From Epiperipatus broadwayi (taxonomy: Eukaryota > Animalia > Onychophora), in NCBI GenBank assembly GCA_028023455.1, contig JAQFVV010000009.1, positions 14,260,001 to 14,324,000 on the forward strand: 64,000 bases of DNA. Direction: 5' to 3'. Below the pieces are notes generated by a model. That model saw only the letters and a list, made by a program, of their open reading frames with translations. It was not told the origin of the DNA and made no database searches. The translations under genes and the position numbers were made by a program. Every line of letters begins with the position of its first letter. Positions within the stretch are counted from its first letter, which is position 1. Below are positions 28,560-41,885 of this stretch, in pieces.

Positions 28560-29330
28560 TTCCATTTCAATATATAGGTAATTATCAATTATTATAGTAA
28601 TAAATTTGAGTCTAAAACAACATTTATTAATTTGTAAAGGCTTTTGATATGGTATATCTATATCAAAGCATGAATAAAGTGAATATAGAATATCCTCATG
28701 CATATAAATTTATATTAAACTAATCACTAATTATAATAGATTTGTATATTTGCCTGTGTAAGTTGACCCAGCAATTGGCTATGTCATTGGGTCAAATGAC
28801 CAGTGCATGCTAAGAGGAATGCTATTGGCTCATATTTATAGTATCCTTAGAGTTAACTACGTATCACACTTCTTTTACTTTTCATTTTTTATTATTATGT
28901 TCTAACTAAATAATTATAGCATCAGCAGGTTTAAAGGAATGACTAGATTTTTTCTCATGACTTACAACTATTGAGTTATAAATGCTGTTGCATTTAGCTC
29001 TGTTATATAAATAAGCATGCTGAGTGATTCTCAATTTTAAATTTGCACATGTCTCTCCATAATGTGTATTATTGCAAAATTGACAATTCAAAGTATATAC
29101 CAATTGAGCTTTATCACCATTATTAATCTATTTAGTGATAAGAGGCATCCAAAACTAATATTAAAAGTCATCTTCCTCTTCCATTGTCCATTTAATTTCA
29201 GGAAATTGCTTTAATTTGTTAAACATTTCTTGAATCAGCTTAGGGAGAGTACAAACAAAAACACCATCCACATATCTTGTGCATTTCACATCTTTATTTA
29301 GTGTCTGAAAAGCTTGAATAACATCTTTTT
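28560..29330 (-). mobile_element. Inverted, internally deleted partial copy of the adjacent Penelope-like element
   Basis: Minus strand carries an RT piece VKCTRYVDGVFVCTLPKLIQEMFNKLKQFPEIKWTMEEE (YVDG at 29263-29274). It is joined by a deletion to GIY-YIG VYTLNCQFCNNTHYGETCANLKLRITQH (ORF 28906-29103) and to a 3' tail matching 30530-30800. Confidence 0.88.
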
Positions 29331-30830
29331 TGAGGAAATCATTTGACTTTGTTAATATAATTAAAAATATAAATATCCATAAAAAATGTAGAATGGTTTT
29401 TTTAAATGTGACTGAGCTCTATAAATCTATTAATAGAGTTTCATTAATAATTATTATACAAGTTCTGTTAAAGCATAGCATGATTAGTGGTAAGAGAGCA
29501 GAATTTTTTATTAATGATTATGGTGGTTCAATGACAATTTGTATACCACATTTAATGCTAAAACTTTTATTATGACTACAAATTGGCTATTTGCTTGTCT
29601 ATTACATGATATATAGTTTAGTAATAGCTTTTATCAAAAGAAATTTTATTCAACCTTTTATAGACACTAATAAAAATGTGATATACACAAAATATGTGGA
29701 TAATGTTTTTGTTTGTGCTCCCCCTAAGCTGAATGAAGAAATGTTTAACACACTGAAGTAATTTCCTGAAATTAAATGGATAATGGAGGTGGTGGACAAT
29801 AACCAATCAATCAAATTTCTGGACTTGAGATTAACAAGACAGAATTATACTATTAATTATTTAAAGATTGTAAAACTTTTTAGTGTTTGGGTTATTCACA
29901 TCCACACTCAAAGTTCCAGGCTTTAAAGCTTTTCTGCTTAGGAATTCAAAACTTGTAAGTTTGAAACCAAGAAATAAAATAATTTAGAGTGTTATAAAAA
30001 TATTTAATTAAAATTAGTTTTACTAGGATCATCCTTGGCAAACAGATAAGAAAATTTAATAATAGACATAAATTTTATAGAACATCTAATTCTAAACCAT
30101 GGATTGAATGCCTTACATCTCTAATATAATTCAAAAAATAATATTGATTATATACAAGGATTTTAATATTAGTTTTAGATGTTAATTATGACTAAATAGA
30201 CTTATTAATAATTCCAAACATAAGATTAATGATGATGATAAGGTTCAATTGGGATACACCCTTGATTGTCAGATTTATAATATCAGATACTATGGAGAGA
30301 TATGTGCAAATGTAAAATTGAGAACCATTCAGCATGCTTATTTATATAATAGAGTTAAATGCAACACTGCTTATAACTCAATATTTGTAAACCATGAGAA
30401 AAAAAATTTGATCATTCCTTTAAACCTGCTGATGCTAAAATTATTTACCTAAAAAATAATAATAATAAATGAAAAGTAAAAGAAGCATAGTACATAATTA
30501 ACTCTAAGAATTCCATAAATATAAGAGTCAACAGCATTCCTCTTAGCAAGCACTGATCATTTGATCCAATGACATAGCTAACTGCTAGATCGATTTATAC
30601 ACCCAAATATGCAAATCTATTATAATCAGTGCCTAGTTTAGTGTATATTTATTGATATGAAAATATACCAATATATTTGCAAATATTCACTTCAATCATG
30701 CTTTGACAAAAAATACACCATATCAAAAACTTGGCTTAGCAAAGTAATAAATATTGTTTCAAACCAAAATTTATTACAGTAATAGTTGATAATTATCTAC
30801 ATACTCTTGTAGAATTTATTTTATTACATA
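29330..30830 (+). mobile_element. Decayed 5'-truncated Penelope-like retroelement (RT followed by C-terminal GIY-YIG endonuclease)
   Basis: RT motifs FLNVTELYKSI (ORF 29330-29575), YTKYVDNVF (29693) and MEVVDNNQSIKFLDL. GIY-YIG GYTLDCQIYNIRYYGEICANVKLRTIQH (ORF 30249-30452). YVDN here and YVDG in the inverted copy are each one transition from YVDD. Confidence 0.9.
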
Positions 30831-30935
30831 TTATCTATGGTATGTACATATATTATAATTTATTATATACATATATATATATATGTCATATTATTATTAC
30901 TATTTGCGGGATATTCCGTGTAGTGAAAAAGCTAA

Positions 30936-30974
30936 ATGCTGACGTTTCAGTACAATATCAAGTATCTTCTTCAG
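30936..30974 (-). ncRNA. Minimal type I hammerhead ribozyme motif, family 3 (minus arm)
   Basis: Minus strand: CTGAAGA-agatac-ttgatatt-gtact-GAAA-C-GTC-agcat. Intact GAAACGUC, but the 5' strand of stem I is truncated by the inversion point. Confidence 0.7.
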
Positions 30975-30975
30975 A

Positions 30976-31019
30976 GTGCTCTGAGGAAGGTACTTGATAT
31001 TGTACTGAAATGTCAGCAT
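30976..31019 (+). ncRNA. Minimal type I hammerhead ribozyme motif, family 3 (plus arm)
   Basis: gtgct (stem I)-CTGAGGA-aggtac ttgatatt gtact (stem II)-GAAA-tGTC-agcat (stem I). The ancestral form is probably GTACC GAAACGTC, with CpG decay. Confidence 0.75.
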
Positions 31020-31134
31020 ATTGTACTGGAATGTCAGCATTTAGCTTTTTCACTACACGGAATATCCTGCAAATAGTAATAATAATATGACATCTTTTAT
31101 CCGTGAAAATATTAGAATTAATATATATATATTA

Positions 31135-31288
31135 TAACGATCGAAATGAAAGTGGAGATCGAATCTAACCGCAAACTACGATATCTGCTCTACAAGGTGC
31201 CATCTAGGCATTTAAACCTAGAAAAATTTATAGAGTAGGCAGATACGTGCTGTTAAGATTCCACTTTATTTAAATATTCAGATCGTTA
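31135..31288. repeat. Imperfect hairpin element (MITE-like)
   Basis: taacgatc...aaagtgga...tatctgctctac vs gtaggcagata...tccacttt...gatcgtta. Confidence 0.55.
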
Positions 31289-33207
31289 GCCCAAGTCACT
31301 AGCTCAGTGGAGACGCAGAGATAAAAATCTATATCTTAATTTATATCTTAAATATAAATAAATAAAAGCCACTGCCAGAAATTAACACATAAAAATATTT
31401 ATTTACACACATATAAAATAATATTTAAATTTTGAGGAATAAATTCAACATTTTAGATTTTTCTATTAATCTTTAGTTTTACATTTAAGTAAATTACAAC
31501 CATGAGTTTAATATTTATTTAGTGAGTCGAGTATGAATAGACTACATAGATCTGCATTTGAAAAGAAAATATTCTTCCCTGATTTAACCTTAGGCAACAA
31601 ATTTTGCAATCAAACTGGCGCCAATCCATCTGATACATTTATGTATTCAATGTAGCATGAAAATACGACAATACAAAATACTATACTGTCAGGAATGTAC
31701 ATCTGAACAGCAAGTAGAATTAGAGAAAAAAACTGTCTCTCTACCAACCAGGAATGCGACATCTGTTGGCGAGTAGAACAATAAACATAAAACTCCATAG
31801 GACTGGACTGCGGTCCTTTGCTGTCTTACAAACCCATCCATAGGCAAACAGAAGGTGTGTGGCATATATATATAATCCTTTCCGTAGCGGATCTCATACT
31901 ACATCTACAATTACACAAATATATCCAATCCATTGAACCAATTCAACTACGAAATGAATAACCTAAGATTACCCTCCCTTAATATAACTTTACAAAACTA
32001 TATAGCCATTCATGCCCAACTTAAATTTAACATTTAAATACGTTCGCACAGATTATTTTTATACAATTTGCTTTATAATGTCGAGTATAGATCGGCTGCA
32101 CAGATTCCAGAGTCAAAAACATTCCAAATTAAACACCACCGATCAAAATACAAAGTCAATCGATAATGTCAATTGCTGAGGGAATACAGGAGACCCTTTG
32201 GTGTTCATCATAAAACATCGCAGTGGCATCGTTGACTTATATATTCTAATTGACTGTGAAAACCACAACATAATCAAATGCTAACGAATCTCTGCAACGT
32301 CTATACCCAACTTAAATGTAATGCATTTAATAATTTCTACAAAAAATATTACTACAAATAATAATAATAAAATGGAAATGATTTTAGCAAAACTTAACTA
32401 TATAAATTTAAACAATCAATTATTAATTTGAAAATCAAATAAGAGTTCATTTTAAAATTTAAATTAGCTGAATCTTTAAAAAAAACATTGACGAAAGTTC
32501 TTAATTACTTTTTTGTTGTTGTTAATTTTTAAAGTTCATAGCTCACGGTAGAAGAGTCCAGGTTTCTGCTTTTAATTCCCACGATGCTTCCATTGGAAGA
32601 TAATGTTCTGGAGATGGCAATAGCTGGTTCAAGGTATCACAGTCTTTTCATTTTTTTTTATAGAGAGTGTGGTATGTGCATCCTACCACATCTCTCAAAC
32701 ACAAAATGCTGGAACCCAAAAAAAACTGTATTTCCCTTTTTATATTATCCACACAGATTCAATCAACAAAACATCACTAATCCATCACTTTCGTTAGGGT
32801 CCGAGCCAAGGCTTAGTGCTGCCATTGGTCAAGCTAATTTCTCTTTATTTTCTTATCTATCTTTCATCAGATCATTTTAATTATACAAGAGACCAAGGCT
32901 AGCTTGCTTTTCAAACCATTTATAAACAATCATTTCCATTTACAGATTACAAGAATTAATTAATACCTGTTTTTATTTTTAAATCTTGTACTTTTTTTTA
33001 TAAAAAAGTACGTTCAAATACTTATTTATTTGTTTTTTTTAAAAAAAATATTTTTAAAGTTTGGCATCTGTTCGAATGTATGTATGTTTAACAAAACATT
33101 TTAATTTTAGCGTTTAGTTTTTTACTTTTATTTGCGAACTTTTAAGTTTTTATTTTAAATTAATGTAATGACATATTTATATATCGTTACAATATATATA
33201 TATATAG

Positions 33208-33319
33208 ACAAAATGAGTAAATCACTCTCACCCAGGCTATAAATTAAAAATGCTTTAAAGGTCAAATATTTAGAATCTTTTAATTCATGACCTGCAGAAG
33301 GGTGATTTACTCCCTTTGT
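33208..33319. mobile_element. ~110-bp hairpin MITE-like element next to a TA microsatellite (half-copy at 13140-13199)
   Basis: Termini acaaaatgagtaaatcactct / agggtgatttactccctttgt. The right half recurs at 13140-13199 beside (AT)n. Confidence 0.65.
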
Positions 33320-36076
33320 TTACATATACATTGAGCTATGCTTAATCTAAAGTTTATGTATATATTAAATATATCTGACTATTGAATATATATGCTTGAA
33401 ATTCAATGTTCTTCTCTGATAAAGGTCAATATCCAAAATATAATCTAGTAATTCAGTTAATATTTACCATCTTGTATTCACTGATTTATTTATGTTTACA
33501 ATAGTTGATTATAATATAAAGCACTTTTATTAATATTTTTATTGTAAGCCATTATATTATTTTATAATAATTTTTTGTTTATTAGATATAAATTTTTTAA
33601 AATTAAATAATTAGTCAATTCCTTACCTCTTCTGTGTGAATTTTGATGTGCATATAGTTATTTATACATACCCACACATAACTAACAGCTATTACTAGAA
33701 ATTAAAGTTTTTTACAGTTGTATGGACTCAAACAGTGAATTTTTAAAAATTCAAATTTCTTCATTTCATAATAATGAAAATATAATTTTATAAAATTGAT
33801 TGATAAGTTTATCACAAATACGTGAAATTCAATTAGTTTTATATCTATATTTTTATTAATAAAAATAAACATGTAGGTGAAAGATTAAAAACTCAAAAGA
33901 AGAACATTTTAATTTTATTTTCAGAATCTACAACCATTGTTTTTTTAATAAATTAAATTTTATAAAGGAAGAATTAGCTATAAATGTACCCGTATTTATG
34001 AGCACACATATTCATATATATTAGATATATGTGTAAACATACAAAAATTAAGGGATTACTGTTTGCACCATGACAATTACGATGTCAAAATTATTATTAT
34101 TAACAAGATTGTGAGTATTTGAAAGACAATCTATTATTGTTTTGGTAAAACAAGAGTTAATAATAGTATTTGGAATATAATTGCTACCCAATGATTTAAT
34201 TATTTAAACCTTCAAACAAAATGTCAATCATTAAGCAAAAAACGCTAACCAAATAAATAATAATGAAAAATTATGGTTGATTCAAATTAGTAGATCACTA
34301 ACATGCAACAACAAACAAACTATCAAAAATGTCAGATATAATAGGATAAATGCTAAAATTACTTATTGTCAAATATATCATTTTGAAAAAGATAAATAAC
34401 TAAATAGGATAAAAATATAGTCTATATAAAGTACATCTATTACAATCTTGTGATATAATAGTTAGCTGGATTCAAATCAAAACTTAAAAAGGAGACAACT
34501 CAGTTAACCATCCAAATTTGATCAATAAATAAATATCTTAGCTTTGTGAGTAATCAAGGATAGTAAAAAATCCTAAAACGCGGGAAAGAATGACTTCTTT
34601 ATTAATCTTTAAAAAAAAGGGGGGAGGGGCTCTTGAAAAGCCTTTTCCCTCCAGCAATTTATCTTTAACACTTTTAATGCCTACTAATTTGCCTGCTCAT
34701 AACCCAAGTTTAAAATGAGATAAAACATATTTTTTTCCAATAGCAGAAAATTTCTAAAACAATATCAATATGCTTTTAGGTATGCAGTACATAGACCATC
34801 TGAATGACTACTAATCTAATATTTGTTGGTAAATGGATATTTAGCTATTTTTAGATAGAAACTCAGATGAGTAGTGATAAAATAAAAGCTTGATTCTAAT
34901 ATTATACAGTCCTTACCGGTGGACGAGAAAGTTTTTATAAACATATGACAATGAATCTGTTTTACAAATGACTTTTTACATTTATTAAACCAATTATCAT
35001 TGGTTGTGAGATACTAAGATGATTTTATTTTTAATCTTTTCTAGTATCATTATTGTTAATTAAATGCGGTAACTCTTTATTTTTAAAAAAGTCATTTTGT
35101 TAGGATTATGTATCTGCACACACAAATACTTCATAATTGCTAAAAATTGTCTTTCAATTAATGTCTTAGATAATGTCACCTTGGAAAATATTTGATATAA
35201 TAAATAACGATTTATTTATTTTATTTTTTTTAAAAGATAAATAACGATTTGTATACTAATCAATTTAAATTAGCAATTATAAAATTAGATTACATAAAAA
35301 CTTATAAAAAATACGTCAAATACAGGTAAACTAAAAATTTGCGATAGTTTAAATATTTTGTCTAATTCAAAATAAAATTTAATTGAATTACAGTTTTCAC
35401 AAAAGCCCGTTAGAATAATAATAATTGATAGTAAGTTAGCATTTAATAATCAGAAAGCTTACTTAGTTTTTTAGGTTATACTTTTTATAAGCAAAAATTG
35501 TAATTGGTCAAAATCAAGACATTTTATTAGTTATCAATCATAACTTATTTATACTATTATGCATAAAAATGTGATCAAGAAAACATATATGTTTAACATC
35601 GATCATAAACTATTGTTTCTTCATTGTTGTTACAAAATTTACATATTCTATCAAATGGCCATAAGAAAACTTGCAGTGGGAAAGCTATCATAAATGAATT
35701 TAATTTCTGAATTGATAAGAAAAGATGTTAGAAACATATATTTTATTATATTAACAAAGATTTAAGAATATTTTATGCTTCACACACCAAATTTCAGTAG
35801 AATAAGTATTATATGATATATTATTTATATCATTGATAGAAAGTTGATATTAGTAGTGTAAATAAGAATGTTTTGATAACATGAATAATATCTAGTTAAA
35901 GTGTTAACAATAAATTCTCATGAGCCATTATAAAAAATATTTTATTTTGAAGTGTTTTTAGAGAAAAGATTAATATAACTATCTTATAAATACAATGATA
36001 TCATTTTAATTATATCTATAAAACCAACAAAACATCACATGATTATCATTTCCTTTGCTTACACAAACGTTATTAA

Positions 36077-36420
36077 CAGTAGCAAATTCTCCATACTGTA
36101 ATGCTAACTAGTGCAAGACTTAGTAGTCAATGGTTTTAGGAAGGTTTGTGCATAAAATCCCAATTTATTCCCTACTCATCCAACATCCCCAGACTAGTTT
36201 CTAGATTGTGGCTTTCATCAGTGAGGAGCTTCAAATCTGAGAGGATTGCATCTGATCTAGATGCAATGCTCTCATCAATGAAACTCACAAACTAGAAACT
36301 AGTCTAAGGGTATTGGATGAGTGGGCACTAGATGGGAATTTTATGCACAAATATTCCTACAACTATTGATTTCTAAGGCTCTCACTGGGTGGCACTACTG
36401 TATTGGAGAGTTTGCTACTG
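36077..36420. mobile_element. ~340-bp fold-back element of hammerhead family 2
   Basis: Termini cagtagcaaattctcca / tggagagtttgctactg; inner hairpin gagaggattgcatct-gatct-agatgcaatgctctc. The arms are homologous to 45048-45841. Confidence 0.88.
36186..36227 (-). ncRNA. Minimal type I hammerhead ribozyme motif, family 2
   Basis: Minus strand: tcctca-CTGATGA-aagccacaatcta-GAAA-CTA-GTC-tgggga. Stem I is 6 bp (one G.U) and helix III is the palindrome ACTAGT; stem II is mutated. Confidence 0.6.
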
Positions 36421-37617
36421 TTTAGATCTGTAATTGTGGGATTTTTATAGTATTTATAAAGAGTAAAAGGGCAATATACTTTTAACAACTGAATTAATTA
36501 TTTTGTTAATAAAGAAAGGGAAATGGAGTTTGAATAAGTTTAATAGTAATATGATTTAATGTATTATTTATCTTGGAGACTGACTTTGGAAAACATCAAA
36601 ATACTTAGACTTTTTGTGTGAAAACTGGAAAATACTAAGTCAAAGCATTTTCCAGATGATAATTTTGCTAAGCAAAAAGTCTTGTTGAGATAAACATATG
36701 ATCCAATAAAAATGAAAAATTTATCATTCAGAGAATAACTTGCAATATCCTTTGTAATAATTATAACATCATAAACATGACAAAGATGGTGTAGTTTTTC
36801 CAATGAAGAAATGTTAACTCCAAGAAAGAGTTTCTGAATATTTCATAATAATTAATTAATATGGATTGCAATTAAAGATAACAATAAAGGTAAACATTGT
36901 GCAAGTCATTTATTGATTTAGAATATTAAAGGGATTCTAAAAGTTTTTAGTCAATGCACAATAGTTTTTGCATATAATTAATTAATATGCATGCTAAATG
37001 AAAATTATCATGAAAAAATTTGAGGAATGGGTAGAAAGTATTTGGAGAGTTACATTATTACAATTTGGAAATCCAATTGAATAGTAATTAGACATGACAA
37101 TTTGTGGGATTTTTTCCTTTGCATGTTGAATACCTCATGTAGTTTAAGTATTGCATGCTTTATTTGGTATCTATAAAAGCAATTGGACAAGTGTAACTTT
37201 GTTGTCAAACATTAACTGAATCTATTCACTGAATGTGAATAATTTCATGAAAATATCTTCTTTTAGTATAGATGAGAGATCAGAGAAATGTGAGTTCCAG
37301 TTATCATTATGCTTTTTTTTATTTTAAAAATTGTCTATCATTTCAAATTTGGATGTTGAAATAGTAAATTATGAGACTGTTATTTTGTAGTTACTAAGTA
37401 AGGCATTAGTATGTAATTGAGACTATTTTATAAAATAGGAATAGTATTGAAGTATGCTGATGCAATAACTAAATTTCCTTTATTGATTTGAATTTCTAGA
37501 TCATAAAAAATAAAAATATAATTAACAGGAGATTGAAGATGACTCAACCAACTTCATTAACATTAATGTGAATTTATGTTTAAAATAAGAACATAAATGT
37601 TAAAGTAAATTGAATTC

Positions 37618-38077
<460 letters not shown>

Positions 38078-39047
38078 TTGTGTGTGTGTAATTACAAAAT
38101 AAAATAGGCTGTAATTAATATTTGTTGTTATTTTATATTTATTATTATAGATCTATTTTTATTTCCTAATCATTGAGTATGTATATCCTCTTGCATAGTA
38201 CCAAATAGTTGAACATATTAACTATTTTAAAAAAAAGATAGGCATATTTTATTATTAACAATTGATCTTTCATTTATTTGATATATTCATTATATTTTTT
38301 TGCAGTAAATATGTAAAAATTATTTTAAAAACTTTGCTATAAAACATGCTTAATGTGTGCAATATGAAAAGCCATACTTGAATGGAATAAATGTCAAGTA
38401 AAAACCTCATCACTAAATTTTCAATTAAATTCTAGATATAATATCTATGAATAGTTGTAAATTTATGGATATATTTTTCTTTGTTTCATAAAGAGTTTAT
38501 TGAAATTAGGAAAATGTTTTTTAATTTAGCTTAAATCATATGTTACATTTTGAGAAGTATATTGGAAATACCAATATTTTAAATAATTATCAGCTTAGAG
38601 AAAAAATAAAATATAATCTATTAACAAAGTGGAAAAATGATTGTTAATTTATAAATAAATAAAAAATGAGTTAGTTTCAGATTGCTATGCATGAAAAATC
38701 TTGATAAAAAGAGTGAATTTTTTTAAAGGAGAATTGAGATTAATGAACTGATTCTAAACTGTATAATATTATAGAGTAATAATACTGCTGTGTTTGGAAT
38801 TTAAATCACTCTCTTGTTTCTATCTTTGGTGCTGTTTTGCCCATTTTGCATTCATTTTATAGTAAAAACTGGAACTAAAGTAAATATTAATTTATTACTT
38901 CAAATATCTAAAGATTTCAGTAGTCTTCAGAGGAGTGCTACAAATGAGCAGCATTAACCTAGGATATTATTCATTGATGGATTCTTTGATTTGCATATAT
39001 GAACAAAACTTGTAAACTGCTTTTTGATTGTTGTTAAGAATGAGAAA

Positions 39048-39145
39048 GCCGAGAGGTATTGCAGCCGCCATGCAAGCAAGTAGTTGGTTGCAGACGGTTG
39101 TGGGTTCACGTCCCGGCCGATGCTATGATACATGGAGAAAAAAAA
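39048..39145 (+). mobile_element. tRNA-Gly-like minimal retroposon (SINE), copy 3, 5'-truncated
   Basis: Nearly identical to copy 2. 12-bp target-site duplication aagaatgagaaa at 39036-39047 and 39146-39157. Confidence 0.92.
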
Positions 39146-40543
39146 AAGAATGAGAAATATATATATATTTTTCCATGGTTATTTAAATATTTATGATTGT
39201 TTTTATAAAATATTTGTATAGTAATTATTAAAAAAGAAATATTTTTTGTTTGTTAGATTTCTTTAAAATGTTTAATTTTTAAAAATATAAGTCAAGAAAT
39301 TTGAAGTAATGATAAAGACTAAATTGCAATTGTTGCAATTTGTCCAATTTCATAAAACAAATTATGATAACTTAATATAAATTTGTTCACATTTAGAAAA
39401 TGAAATTCAATCAACAAAAGATTTCATTAATTTATTTTGTTTATTGGTTTTACTGTAATTGTCCAATATAAAAAAACATTATTATTCTCATCATGTTTAC
39501 ATTTTATTTTTTTTTATATATCTATAAAGTTCAAATATGAATTTTTCAAATATTTTCTGTATGTAAACTTATATTTTTAATAGTTCAAGTACAATTTATT
39601 AATAAATAATATTGAATAATGATTTTAATATTGTAATAAATTGTTTTACTACTAACTCAAATTGTCACTGTTGAGATGTGAAAGAATTAAATAAGATTTT
39701 AGATTTGTTTAGTAAGATGAATGATATTCTATTGAAATCATGCTATTCTTGTTCTTGTTCACTAAGTATATAGCAGTTATATGTACTTATTATGCAAATA
39801 TGACAAGAGATTAAAAATATGATATGAATAGAGTGGACAATAGGTTCTTTCATGACATATTATATAGTAATAAATATTTTTTCTTTGTTTTCATTTGCAT
39901 TAGAGATATAAGTCAGACTAAAGATAACACATGAGTTTTAGAATTAAACTTAGAATCTTATGTATATTTTTTTTTAAATAAAGAATTTTTAATCTTAATG
40001 TTTGTTGTTTTTATCAATACATTGTTCATTTGCATTTGCTATCAGTTTTTTTTTTTTGGGTTGTACTTTTTTTATATATTTATCATAAGCATTATTTTCT
40101 TTTAAAAAGTATTTACTTATTATTTATGGTTTTAACTTATTAAAATATTTAAATATTGTTTCGAAAATTATTATTATGGTTTATACATGATTTTTTTCCC
40201 ATTTTGGGGATAAATTAGATGTTGTAATATGATTCCTTTCTATACATTGCGAAGAGGTTATTTCTATTTTTTGTTAATAGAAGTAATAAACCAAGAATCT
40301 GCAAAGAAGTATCCCTAAGTTAATTACTCTTTAGATATTAGATGAAGTCTCATTTTCAGCAAGCATATTACAATATTAAGAGATTTATCTGATTTATAAA
40401 ATAAAGTTTTAATTAATTTTTTGATAGATATAATATGATATACTACCTGGGACCATGAGAATGATTTATCTTTTTGATCATGTGTGGACTAAATTATCAA
40501 AATGTTTTTAATCAAATATTTGTAAGCTGAACAGCTGGTGTCA

Positions 40544-40885
40544 GTATGCTCTGGCTTATAAAACACAAAACATGATAACACTTCTGACATATGTATGAGT
40601 GAGTTCATTGGCAATACTATGTCCTGATGTATACCACTTCAAACATGCGGTTGTCTCCTATAGAATATAATATATTAGTAAGATTATTGGTAGCAGTATT
40701 CCCTAGTTTTAATCTTTTTAATATGCTAGTGGCCATCTCTGACCTATAATGTATCAGTGGGATCATCGGAAGTAGTATGCCCTGACTTATAATATTTGGA
40801 TCATGCTAGTTGACATTTCTGATATATAATGTATTGGCATGATTTCTGGCAGTTTTATGCTCTGGCATATAACACTTTAAATATT
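40544..40885 (+). repeat. Degenerate ~79-bp tandem repeat, about 4 units
   Basis: Recurrent gtatg(c/t)(c/t)ctg..ttata...atgctagt..cat.tctga..tataatgtat units. Confidence 0.6.
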
Positions 40886-41699
40886 TTAGTTGCTAGCTTT
40901 ATAAATAATGTGAATATAAATTTAAATAGTAAGATGAAAATTATCATTTAAGGATATCTTGATTTTAAATAAAAAGTATTGGTATATTTGGTATAAATAA
41001 TTTCAAAACAATATCGTTCTTAATTTAAGATATCAATAATATCGTTCTTTTTTTATTTTTATAAATACTCAAAAAATATATAATTGAGATAAAATTTCAT
41101 CCAATTCATTTTCTTAATTTTTACAGTTAGGCAGAAAAGTAGGTTATAAAATTATTTATAATAAATTCTTGTAAATTATTGTTAAAAGAATCTTAAGTGC
41201 GAGTAATAAAGTCAATTCATTACTATTATAAAAATTAAAAAAAAAAACAATTTTAGCTTCAGCCTAAGTAATCAATATAAGATGGTCTTGCAAAAAAATT
41301 ATCAATGAAGCAAAAATAGAAAATATGTGTTTGAAATTGAAAAAAGACAGAATTTAGTTTGATAAATATATTTGAGAATATTTCTTTTATAATTTAAAAC
41401 TTTTTTTCCAATAGGAATATTATCAAAAAACAGGGAAGTTTATTTATCATTAATCTTTAAATTATTTTCTGAAGTATAAACTTTAAGATCATTACAACAA
41501 GCCTATAAACATGCAATAACATTATCACAGTTTCACAGTGCTTTCTATATTTTTATTTTTAAAGCTAGATTTATTTTTAGAAACAAACCCAAGTTATGTG
41601 ACAATTTTTAATTTCTTTGCTTTTAATGGAAGCAGTAAGATGATTATTATTTAATTTCTTTAAACGAAAGTTCTATTGTTGGTTTGTTTTGAAAACTAA

Positions 41700-41885
41700 T
41701 ATCAGGTTTACATTAATTATATGTATGGGAGATAATCTGGACCAACTGATGAGTGCTGGTTTAGCACGAAATACGACTATTGGTGATTATTTATCTTTTC
41801 TACATGTGTGTGGTCATGTGTTTCAGTTGTGTGAGATAGTGTGGATAGATGGAGGGTGCTTGAAAATCTGAGTTCAAGCCCCCAA
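41700..41885 (+). mobile_element. Dispersed copy of hammerhead family-1 element
   Basis: Colinear with 18055-18210 and 54370-54500. Confidence 0.85.
41741..41784 (+). ncRNA. Minimal type I hammerhead ribozyme motif, family 1 (intact catalytic core)
   Basis: ACCAA (stem I)-CTGATGA-GTGCT ggttt AGCAC (perfect 5-bp stem II)-GAAA-tacgacTA-TTGGT (stem I partner). Confidence 0.8.

Larger units (their letters stand above)
30883..31093. repeat. ~210-bp near-perfect palindrome made of two head-to-head Penelope-type 3' termini
   Basis: atgtcatattattattactatttgcgggatattccgtgtagtgaaaaagctaaatgctgac is mirrored by gtcagcatttagctttttcactacacggaatatcctgcaaatagtaataataatatgacat. Centre tcagag-tg-ctctga. The right arm has a 21-bp tandem duplication at 30999-31040. 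Confidence 0.95.

Noticed and set aside
32584-32880. 98-aa ORF; on the minus strand a frameshifted IQFFWVPA resembling a LINE RNase H end
   Set aside because: It needs a frameshift in a T-run and lacks the downstream GNExAD motif; too weak to call.
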